From NCBI GenBank assembly GCA_047967505.1, contig CM106538.1: DNA of 64,000 nucleotides; one strand, given 5' to 3'. A program made the translations under genes and the position numbers. The notes below the pieces were generated by a model, which saw only the letters and a program-made list of their open reading frames with translations, did no database searches and was not told where the DNA came from. The stretch comes from Dipteris shenzhenensis (Eukaryota). Shown in pieces: positions 50,366 through 61,546 of the stretch; position 1 is the first letter of the stretch, and every line of letters begins with the position of its first letter.

Positions 50366-52366
50366 TGTTGAGAATCGAGCTCCACTCGTGATATGCCAGG
50401 GTGACCATTGTGCATTTATGTCACCGACTTGTTAGCTGCAAATGCGGTTGGTACATCGCCCAATGAATAATAGCTGGATGACAGCTATCTTCATGTACTC
50501 TAGTTAGTGGCTCAGTTAGTATGCCACCTAGGTTAGCTGAGTTTGGTTTGAGACCCACGTATAGGGTTCATCTATTCCGTTTGTAATAAGAGAGAGTTCT
50601 TTTGGCTTACACAACTAAGAAGAGGAAAACTGTTTTCAGCCTCCACCTTTGTGTGCCTTTGTGTATGTGAGAAAGCTGCAAGTGAGACTCCTTACTTCTC
50701 TCCCACTCTCTTCACATGGTATCAAAGCTCGGTTCATGGTAAGGAGCTCAAGGAAGCAAACCAAGTTCGTAGTGTCTTGGTAAGAGAAGCAGTGTTGCTT
50801 TCCTTTTTTCGAGTTTGGAAGCAAATCTCTGCAGGTAGCACAACTAGAAAGTGCAAGAGTGCACTGTCTCAGATTGGGATGCCCTTTGCGATGCAGTGAG
50901 TTTTTTGAATTGAGGCCATATTAGGGCCCGTTTTGCTGGCGAAAGTTTTCCACAGGCACTCAGAAAGGTGCCCTGCTTTTGCTGTGCAACCACTGTTCTA
51001 CAGGTTGGTGAAAAATTGCCGCAGAAATTGCATCGTATGCCCATGTGCAGAGATATTGGGAGTGATAGAATCATTCTTATTGCTTGTTGATGCAAAATCA
51101 CCACTAGGAAGTGACTGTGTGGTCAAATACCACTTTCGTCAGTTTTGCAAATTTGCACTTGTGAGGTAGAAGTTGTGTTTTTTCAATAACAAAATATTTT
51201 TGCAGTGTTTTGTAATGGCGTCTGATGCTCTTTCATAGATAGTCACTGAAAAGCTTGACAAGAACAACTTCCCAACATGGAAGCTTAGAATGACAAATTT
51301 CTTTAAGGGAAAAGGCTATTGGTTGTTCATTACTAGAGCTGAACAAGAACCAGTTATTCCTAATGTTCCCAATCAACAGGAGTTGCAGGCATTTAAAGGC
51401 TGGCATGAGAGAGCCAAGAAAGTTATGTACTGGCTGTCTATCAGTATTTTAGATTCTATGATTGTGCATATTCAGGATGCAAGGATGCCGAAGGAGGCGT
51501 GGGATACTTTAACAGAAATGTATAGCACAAATACGCAAGCCAGGAAAATGCAGCTCAAGCAGGAGTTGTATAATGTGTAGAGAGTTGAACAAGAACCAGT
51601 TATTCCTAATGTTCCCAATCAACAGGAGTTGCAGGCATTGAAAGGCTGGCATGAGAGAGCCAAGGAAGTTATGTACTGGCTATCTATCAGTATTTCAGAT
51701 TCTATGATTGTTCATATTCAGGATGCAAGCATGCCGAAGGAGGCATGGGATACTTTAACAGAAATGTATAGCACAAATATGCAAGCCAGGAAAATGTAGC
51801 TCAAGCAGGAGTTGCATAATGTGTAGAGAGAAAATATGAGCATCAATGACTACCACATGAAGGTGAATAAGATTGGAGATGCACTTGCTTCCATTGGGTC
51901 ACCAGTGGAAGATGATGATTTAGTTTCTATGACCTTGAATGGTCTAAGAAAGGATTATGCACAGTTCCAGACATACATTGCCATCCGTGAGAATTTTCTT
52001 GATTTTGGGGAGTTGATTGCTCTTCTAATTTCTGAAGAGCAGAGAAATGGTGGTGCATCTTCTTAAAGAGGAACTTCAAAAGAAATTGTCTTCTACTCAA
52101 ATGCTGGAAGAGGTAGAGGCAGAGGTAGAGTAGGCTGATCTAGAGGTCGTGGCAGAAATCAAAATATGCAGCAAATTCAAGAAAACTAGTCCTATGGAGG
52201 AGGACGTGGTAACCTTAGAGGCAGGGGGAACCAAAGAGATTGTGGTGGATGGCAGAGAGGCCAAAATGCAAACAGCAATGTTGAATGCTACTACTGTGGT
52301 AAAACTCATATGGCTAAAGACTGCTACAAAAAGCAGAATGACATCATGAATGGAAAATTGCATCAA
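50366..52366 (+). mobile_element. Ty1/copia element A3, 3'-truncated (5' LTR, PBS, leader, gag)
   Basis: LTR at 50366-50716, PBS TGGTATCAAAGC at 50717, gag ATG at 51215. Homology to A1 ends just after the zinc knuckle. Confidence 0.92.
51335..51830. repeat. 246-bp in-frame tandem duplication in A3 gag
   Basis: AGAG(C/T)TGAACAAGAACC... begins at 51335 and 51581, with AGAG microhomology at the junction. Confidence 0.9.
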
Positions 52367-52529
52367 ATGCCTGGCGATTGAGTTGAACTAGCCTACAGTT
52401 GCATGATGTTCCAACTATGGGGCTGATTTAGAATAATGGCATTTAGTCCAAGCCTGGTTTAAGAAATGAAACAAGTAAACTATCCCAAAGCTCAACCACA
52501 AACAACCACTGAGCTAGTTTAGGCACCAT

Positions 52530-53470
52530 TGTTCTGTGTTGTATCAAACATGTGTATGATGTACTCAAACACCTTGTGTCCCATTCGCTTTTTACAGATG
52601 TCATTTCTATTTGGAGAAGCTCTCATATTTTTGTGCCAAAACATCATCACTGTAGCAATTAATTTTGCACGTAGGCTATCTCTCCTTTTCTTGCGTTCTA
52701 TTAAAGTCCACAAACTTCATGGATCGGGATAATCATGCATTGCTTCTGCTCTACGTTCAACCCCTGGAGCCACGTTGGTCCCTTTTGATTGAAAATATCT
52801 TCGACATTGTGCACCCAAGCCGTGTCCCCTTTGTTTCAGGGGACACCAACATAGATAATGTTGCCCTCTTTGCAACTAGATGATCTAAGCTCTACACCCC
52901 TTTCACTTTCTATAAGCCAATTTTCAAGTTAAATAGCATCACCTCTTGGACGTGCATCTCTCGAGGTGTTGATAGGGTTGTTACTATACAAACTTTAGGG
53001 TGCATGCTAAAGCTTATGAAGACTCGAATCTAGTATTCACCTGAATGGCTTGATGTTGTTGTCTCGAATGCTCCTACCAATCATGATACCACAGCTCGTG
53101 TTCTTTGCTTCGATGGCAATGATCAAATGCGTGCATCTGTAACTACTTCTCCTATTGCTGCTTTGCAAGGAGTCTTCTTTCCTCTCGTTGTTTCTCCCTT
53201 TGCAAATGTTGCAAAAGTGCCTTTTGTTGTTGTTTTGATATCGTGTCATTGCTTTCCTCGATCTGCAATCTGTTCCTTGTGCCTTGACCAAGCTTTTCAG
53301 CTTTCCTATCTTGTAGCCTCTGTCTACTTATTTTGCAAGCCATGGTGAGATACATGTTGCCATTAATGCCATGGCCACAATCAGTCCAAAATAGACCCAA
53401 AGAAGCTAGTTGGTGAGGCAAGCAAAGTATATAAGACAACTTACCCGAAAGAAGAGAATGCCAAACCAAA
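52530..53470 (-). pseudogene. Remnant of an unclassified, probably DNA-transposon, protein
   Basis: Frameshift-joined translation EMHVQEVMLFNLKIGL.KVKGV.SLDHLVAKRATLSMLVS...LWTLIERKKRRDSL...MMFWHKNMRASPNRNDICKKRMGHKVFE. No family assigned with confidence. Confidence 0.4.
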
Positions 53471-55678
53471 GCCTATGCAAGATCACATCGAGGTGCATGC
53501 GGGTTACAAGACGTTGGTAGGGCAGAGACAGATTGTAAGTACTTAATCTTCCAAGATTTGATGCGCACGCGAGAGATGTCAAAATTCAAAATTTGCGAGG
53601 GTAGCAAAATATTCAACCGATGGGTTCCCCCCCTCCGGCGATACACATCAATAGAATTGGATATCCCAAGCAAATGCAATGTGGCCTAAAATGCTTCAAA
53701 ACACAAATAGTCCAAAGGACATGCTATCGGGTTTAATGCTATGTATTATGAAATGCAATGAACTTTGACATGCGTATGAGCCATATAGTAAGCAAGTGCA
53801 TCAAAAAAGAAACAATTCAAAATTATAAATAGTGTTGGATTTATTAAAAGATATTTACACATGCACAAATTGCATATTTTCAACTTCTTCCATTTTAGGG
53901 TGAATCTAGATACCAATATCAACAACTATCAATGTTTTAAGACCACCATGCAGTAGTCACACTAGCTTAGATTCTAAATTTTTTATCCGTTTTGGTTTTC
54001 AACAAATCAAAAAAAAGTTATGGAGCGTGCCCTCAAATGAGTGTGCATCACTATAGCACAACATTGGAGGCCCATTAATCCATGCCTAATATTCTCATTT
54101 AGGTGTGTCCTTGGGTTAAGGAGAAGCTTACAAAGTGTACTTTTGAATGATTACTTAATTGCATGTATATACATAATAAAATTTTGATGTTATTGATTAA
54201 ATTGATATACCCTATAGTCTTCAGGTTGCACGCTTCACATGTAACATAGGACTTGTAATACTTAAATGGTCTCATTACAAATCCTTATTCCAAAAATTTT
54301 TGGTCTCATGTTCAAGTTTGGAATGTGTACTACAACTTGAAGACAAAGTTTGCTGAATTTCGATGAGGGGTCATGCAAGATACCTATATACAGAAAATTC
54401 CTTGAACCTCACCAAAAATGACTACACCCAAGCAAACAATCTCACAATATCATAATATTTATCAATGAATTAAAGGACACATCCAAACTAGGCCCCTTGG
54501 ATGTTTCCTTGCCACCCTTGTTCTCAAATATCAATCTAAATAAGAATCTTAAAACATCTAATGAAACCTCGAAGAAAAGACTAACTTTTAAAATTTTCCA
54601 AAATATTTTCATACAAGTATTGTTTACTTTTTCTATGATTCTTCACATTATATGAGTCATATGTTCGACCTCTGACTCTAAGTCACCTTATGTATTTTCT
54701 GGCTTTGCAAACCTCCCAAGGAGATTTATGTCTACTCTAGTAGTTCTCTAGAACTTACTTTATGACTAACATAATGTTCAAAATACATGTGCACATCAAA
54801 TTTTATCGCGATATGGCCAATAAGTAAAAATTTAGGCTTTGGGAAACTTTCCATCACTACATCTTTCAAAATAATCAAAGCATGCTAGATACGAAGCAAA
54901 GACACTTGTAGGTAGTGGATCCATGTAGACATTCTGTATGAAGTGGGACTCTTAATCTCAATGTTGCATGAACACAACAAGACAAAGCACCCACAGACGT
55001 GCACATCGATGCATTTTCTTAACTTAAAAAAAACTTACAGGCACGTCTATTTGTGCATCTATTGGCATGTCTACAGACTTGCATCTACGGTGTGTCTATT
55101 TAATAGATAGACACGCCTATAGCCGCACAAATAGAGATTTTAAAAAAATAGACAGACACTCAGCTAGAGATTTTAAAAAAATAGAGAGACACGTACATAG
55201 ACGCATTTATAAACACGCTTATAGATGCTCTACAGAATCTTTCTAATTATTAAAAGCAGAATTTTGTGTGGTTGAACAGAATGTTGTGTATGTTGTGTAT
55301 CCTATGTAATTACAAGAATCCCATTTCCACATTGTGCAATTCAATTCTTACAGCCAACCGCATTTTAATTAGCACGATTGCAAGCACGTCTATAGCCGAC
55401 GATTACAACTCCGAATAAAACATTACAACTCCAAAACGTTTAGTTCACAAGGCATTCATTGATAGAATGTTGCACAAGAAAATTGAAAGCCAAAAAAATA
55501 AAAGGAGTGTATATTAATTCATAGCTCAAAAAGTGCTTGTATGTATATATAGCACGAAGCCAAGCCACATCCTATGGCTTCAAGTACAAAAAATAAGAGG
55601 AGTGTATATACAAGAGAGGCACGAAGCCAAGCCAATGGCTTCAAGTACAAAAAAGAGTAGCTAGCACTACTTCTATGA

Positions 55679-57062
55679 CTAATCTAAGTTCTCCGCATCC
55701 TCGCTCCCTTCTTCCTCATCTTCTTCCTCCTGTGATCAGTCACAGGGCCCTGTAAACAAGGGACAACATGTATCAATGTATAAAAAATTAAATCTTTACT
55801 TTACAATATTGACATTATTTAACTACTTTTAAATACCTGGGGGGGTGCTCTAGTAGCCCGAATATACTGCTCCTCAGTAATCAACCCATCATCATAGAAG
55901 TGCCTCCATGTATCTCCTCTACGATGGTGGTGATGGTAGGCTATCTCGACAAGAGTAGGGTACCTGCCCACGATATTAAGCTACAAGATGACACAATTTG
56001 CAGAGGGGTTAGTACAAAGAAATGACCTCCTAATAAGTTACATAAACAATATAATTTGAGATCGATACTTACAAGTTGGGCCTCCCATGTTTCAACACCC
56101 TCTGCTCCAAAATGCACGCTTCCATATTGCTCCATTTGGATCCTTCGTGCCTCCATGTGCTGCAGACTAGGGTCCGTGCCTTCATTGCTTTCTTCCACTC
56201 ACACTTGTGAGCGGTGTGGGGCTAGTCCCTTGGTGGTTAACCTCTCTCTCTCTCTCCTAGCAATCTCGGCTAGTGTCTATCTCTTAAGCGAAGGTCTTTT
56301 ATTGGTAAGTATTGTAATAATCTTTGACTTGGCCCATTTATCTATGAGCTGAACATTGGGGGGATTGGGATACCTAGAGCGAACAGTAGCGAGGGTCTCA
56401 TCAGCCAACTTTTCTAGCTGGTCTTTGTAGTGAATAAAGCAATCTCTGTAATTATTAGCAATTACAGAGTGCATGAAGGCCATGATGTCCTTCCCCCATA
56501 CATCCATCAAGATGCCTCCTGTCTGAGTGATGCCATAGAAGATCGTACCATCACCCTATGGCACATCTGCATCATCTGAATCATCCCCGTCCCCACCACT
56601 ACCCCCTCAAATCACTGTGCCATGCATCCCCCACTGCTCTCCCTGCTACTACGATTGCTGCCCTGTCGTGTCGAGCTAGTATGCTGGCCACTCGTAGAGC
56701 TGGAGAAGCGACTCTCGATTGCACAGGAGTAAGCTGATCACTCGTAGCTAGAGAAGCGACTCTCGATGATACGGGAGTACGCCGACGACTCTGTGAGGCA
56801 GAAGGACCTCCTAACCGTAGGGGGAAGAAGGGGCTTGGCTCTGTAGCTAGTTGGGCTATCTCGACTCCACTGGGGTAATCTTAGCTGGTGTGGGATTGGG
56901 GTGGTTTGGAGTCTATACTGCCAACTCCTAGGGGGTGTTTGTAGTACCCATCATATATGTGTATAACTCCGCATGAGTGGGAGGGTGTCCCAAAATGTTA
57001 TATAACTCCTGAAAGATGGCATCCCGAAGATCAAGTGAGGCTGAAGAGCTTCCTAGCCACAT
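55679..57062 (-). pseudogene. Putative second CACTA gene (TnpA-like), spliced and decayed
   Basis: ATG at 57062 follows an acceptor at 57069-57070. S/P-rich N-terminus, then WGKDIMAFMH...HFGAEGVETWEAQL. GT-AG introns at about 55945-56070 and 55750-55836. Acidic tail EEEDEEEGSEDAENLD*. Upstream donor AAG/GTAAGT at 58001. Confidence 0.6.
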
Positions 57063-57249
57063 GATGAACTGAAGAAAATAAAAGAAGAAGATTACCATTG
57101 AGCATGCCCTTGTCATGAGATGCAAAAGAAAAAATAGAGTGACAGCCTGACATTGAGCAAGCATTTACAGACTCCTGCATTCTTTGAATTAGAGTGATAG
57201 AAGTCTGTATCTGCTTGCTCAATGTTAGGCTATTGAAGCTTCACGTGGG

Positions 57250-57730
57250 AAAAAAGAGAGAAGGAAAGAGAGGAAAAGAGAGAAAAAAAGAGGAGAAAAG
57301 AGAAAGGAGATAAGAGAGAAAAAGAGAGGAGAAAAGAGAAGGAAAGAGAGGAGAAAGGAGAGGAAAAGAGAGGAGAAAAAGAGAGAAAAAGTTGGGATAA
57401 AAGAGAGAAAAAGAGAGAAGGAAAGAGAGAAGAAAAGAGAGGAAATAGAGGAAAAGAGAGGAAAAGAGAATCCCTTATTTCCTCATGAATGCAATCCCTT
57501 TCTTCAATCATGCTTTCCCTTTCCATCATTCATGCAATCCCTTTCTTCAATCATGCAATCCCTTTCCATCATTCATGCAATCCCTTTCTTCATTCATGCA
57601 ATCACTTATTTCCATCATTCAATATGCAATTCTTTTCTTGGAAGTGGAAGGGGAGCCTTTGGGGAAGGGGAAGGGGAAGGGGAAGGGGAAAGGAAAGGGA
57701 AAGAGAAGAAAAGGAAGAAGAAAGAGAAGA
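57250..57730. repeat. GA-rich low-complexity tracts and a ~23-bp tandem repeat (CATGCAATCCCTTTC...)
   Basis: Directly visible: GA-rich at 57250-57470 and 57660-57730, tandem repeat at 57485-57630. Confidence 0.85.
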
Positions 57731-58441
57731 ATACATAATAGGCTATCGAAGCGCGTCTATAGATGCATCTAAAAACGTGTCTATAGGTACAGCTATCTGC
57801 TTTTCCAAAAGATAGACGCACTATGAGACGTGTCTATAGAAGCACTCCAACAGATGTCTTTTTCAAAGAAACTGAAAAGGACATACGCCAATCCCAAAAA
57901 GAACAACACTAGTGCCAAAAACATCCATTCCTTGCATACGACAAAGGACAACAAATCAAAGAGAGCAACTTCCAAAGAAGATCGACTGCCAAGAGACTTA
58001 CCTTGGATAGAGGTATGGAAGCTTCTTGTCCTTCTTCAAAGCTCCTTCTCTTTCTTCTCTTCCTTGTTCACCCTCTTCTCTTGTGTGCTTGGGATGATTG
58101 TATAAGCCTGGAGATGGAGTGTGGGTGCTTGGAGATAAGTGTGGATGCCTGGAGCTATATCTGTTAATAGAAAAGCAAGCCACGTGACACTTAAAGTATG
58201 TGAAGGAAGCAAGCACGCTAAAAGTAGGTTCGAAAATTAGCTCGTAGTCTACGTGTCTAAAAGTGCATCTATCTGTGCATCTAAATGCGCATCTATCTAG
58301 ACGTCTATCAATGCATCTAAAGTATATTTTAGATGCGCCTATAGACGCGCTCCACAGTATAGACGCACTTTTAGATGCTCCACAGAGTTTTGACATTTAC
58401 AACTCACGCAAGAACAATTTTTTTGGGTTGTTTATATGTAG

Positions 58442-61400
58442 GATGTCTTCATCTTCAACAAGTAGCTCCAATGAGGATGAATCCCTCCGTATCCCATCGC
58501 AAAATGTGGTTGGAGCATAAAACTAAATGTATGTGTGATCGATGTCAAGGAAACATGTATCATGCATGCAAAATTACACTCAATCACCTCTCAAAGTATG
58601 GAGAATGGGATGCGACCATAAACATGATAAGTGTTAAAGAGTTAAGGTTGATTGAGATACCTATGGGTGTTCATGTGTTTGAGTTATGATCCCTTTTTAA
58701 TTTGATACATGATGCAGTGCCACACCCACATATGTTACCCTATGCTCGTCATGAGGAGGTGAAGCATCGGTGATATGAGGTAGAATCTTCAAAAGGGACC
58801 GTTAGGGATGCATGGAGTGATGGTGATAGTAGCCCTCTGCCATTACCTCATGAGGCCATGGAGGAGGAGGTATTTGATGATATGGTGTGGGATTTATATG
58901 TCCATGAATCCTCAGGTAGGGATGATAGCATGGAGCAAGACGATCTTTTTACTGCAGCATCGACTCCACTGTTTGAGAGGTGCACATTCTCTGTTCTATG
59001 TGCCTCCCTTGAGTTACTAAACTTGTAGACCATCTATGGATGAAGCAATGTAAGTTTGAATGCATTACTCAAGTAAGCTTTAAAGTCTATTTTGCAAACA
59101 TGGTGAATTATGCTAGTGGGTCAATTACTCAAATGCTTTTTGTCATTTATGGTCTTCACGTGCAGGCTACTATGTAAAATGCTTCCAAGGGAGAATAAAT
59201 TACCGACCTCAAAAGATATGGTAAGGCAATATGTTGACCTCTCTTGGAGGATTAGATTACAAGCACATCCATGCATGCGTCAACGATTGCGTTATGTTTC
59301 ATGGACCACATAAGGATGCAAAAGTCCTACTTGTGGAGAGGCAAGATATAGAGCAGATCTCAAAACTTTGGATGTGCCTCATAAGATTCTATGACATTTT
59401 TTCATAATCCCTTGCATCCAACATATGTTCAAGTGCAAATCCATTGGAGAGCTCATGTCATGGCATTCCTCCCATCGATCAACCAATGGCAAGTGGAGAA
59501 ATCCCGCAGACACTCCTGCATGGAAGCATATTGAAGACACATGGCCAAGCTTCAAGGAAGAACCTAGGAGCTTGAGACAGGTATGGACGGTATGAACCCA
59601 TTTGATCTCAAAAGCACCTCTTATAATGTATGGGCAGTGATATTGGTGAATTATAATCTTCCACCCTCTATTACGATTAAGAAAGGACATGTTATGTTAT
59701 CCCTTTTAATTACAAGGAAACATAAAGTCAAAATCCTGATGTTTATTTGGAGCCTTGATTGACGAGCTAGAGATACTTTGGAGAGGTATCGAGGTGCATG
59801 ATGTGAGCACACCCCCCTCGTCACATGAGACTTCAACTACAAAGCAGTCTTGATGTGAGCGATGCATGACTTCCCAAGCCATGGCAAGTGTTTAGGTAAG
59901 CATTGCACTTTTAATTATGAGTAGGCAATCGATGTGGCACCCTAAACCCACCTTCAACTCTTAATTGCATCTATTATTCAAATCTCACTACATCAGGTTA
60001 CCATGCATGTCCTGTTTGTCATCCTTCGCTAGTTGCCTCACGGACAGACACATTGAATAAGGTCATCTATGAGAATCACCATCGATTTCTCCCACCTGAT
60101 CATTCTAGATATGTTGCGCCTTGGAATGAAGTCCCCCCATAGTCACTCACTGCGGGAGATTGGATGAGAATTTGGGATGGATCCACGACTCCTCCACCAC
60201 TTGGCATGAGCCAGTAAGGGTTTGTAACTATTGTGTGCTATATTGGCTAGAAATAAATATTGTTTAGATACTCCATCTTTTATCATTTACCATATTGGTC
60301 TCACCTCAAGATCAATCACCTGCTTGATCCCATGCATATCTTCAAGAATGTGGCATCTACCATTTGGAAACATTTGAATGGGACACGAGATTCCACAGGC
60401 ATAAGGAAGGATCTATGCACCACAGGGAGGATGCGTGAAGCTTGGCCACAAGAGAGACCAAATGGGCGTGTCTTTTTACCTTGTACACCGTGGAGGTTAT
60501 CAAAGCTAGAGATGGTGGCAGTGAAGCGAGCTATCGCTACAGTTCGTACTCCCACTAGATGCATGAGGTATTTGAAGGAGGCCTTCACAAAGAGCAAGAA
60601 AAGACATGTAGAGCAATTATATGGCTTGAAATCTCATGATTGGCACAAGATGCTCCAAGTAAGTATTTTATGTGCCTAATATCTGTTTTCTTCCAAATTT
60701 GTGAGTGAATTAGAAGTAACTAATCAACCATTCCTCGTGTGTTCAGTTCATACTACCTACTAGCATTTCTCGCAGTGCATCGAAGGATGTGAATGATTGT
60801 ATTTACAAGATGGGCGAGCTTGTGAGGTACTTTACAAGATATAAAACGTGAATATTGTATTTAGAAGACGGGCGAGCTTGTGAGGTACTTTACAGGATGC
60901 AAGGTGTTCATATTGCTAATATTGCATACTTTTTCCTTTCTAGGTATGTGAGCTCAAAGGAAATAGATTCCACCATGCTTGAGAATGCTCGAGTTATGTT
61001 AGTGGAGGTGGTTTGTTTAGTGGAGAAGACATTTCCACGTTCTATTTACACAAGCCAACTATATCTCATAGTGCATTTGGTGGATAAGATTTCTATATGC
61101 GGTACTGTACATGCACAATGGTTGTTCTTCCTCGAGCACTTCATGAAGACCTTGAAGGTTTCGTGAGATAAAATGCAAGACCCGAAGGTAGCATGGCCGA
61201 GGGTTAGTTGGTACAAGATTCACTTGTATATATTTCTGAGTTTCTTGTTGATGTGGATAGCTCTCTCCCATGACTATGAAGAGATGATGAAAACCTAAGG
61301 ATGACCTCTATTGTGCCTCAAGGGAAAGGATGCAACAAAGTAATAGACACAGAGTTACTTAATAATATCAACCTCTATTGCATGCTTAATAGTGATGTGA

Positions 61401-61546
61401 TGAAAAGATGGGTGACAAGATACGAGGATACAAAGGCAAGAAGACAAGGAGAAAGGACCCTCTTTCGTACACACCACGGATCTTGTGTGCCATATCCTCA
61501 GCATCTAAGAGCACTTCCAAAGGATATTCATGTGGATTGGCTACTT
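58442..61546 (+). pseudogene. CACTA TnpD/Tnp2-like transposase pseudogene with introns
   Basis: KCMCDRC...H, IHACVNDCVMF, PADTPAWKHI, DGMNPF, YNLPP, HDFP, ACPVC, SIFYHLPYW...LDPMHIFKNV, GLKSHDWHKMLQ, HLVDKI..CGTVH..W.F.LE.FMKTLK, ARPEGSMAEG. GT-AG introns at e.g. ~59073-59165 and ~60659-60746. Confidence 0.93.

Larger units (their letters stand above)
54973..61546. mobile_element. CACTA (En/Spm) DNA transposon, left part; right part displaced by copia D
   Basis: Candidate terminus CACAACAAGACAAA (2 mismatches to the En/Spm TIR CACTACAAGAAAA), followed directly by subterminal repeats. Contains a TnpD-like gene and a second gene. Left boundary less certain than the classification. Confidence 0.75.

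Noticed and set aside
54855-54861. CACTACA as the CACTA terminus
   Set aside because: The following bases do not resemble an En/Spm TIR. The site at 54973 fits better and abuts the subterminal repeats. Not fully excluded.
57907-57914. CACTAGTG as an internal CACTA end
   Set aside because: Lies within the predicted intron of the minus-strand gene, with no matching TIR or TSD. Kept only as an alternative to the head-to-head model.
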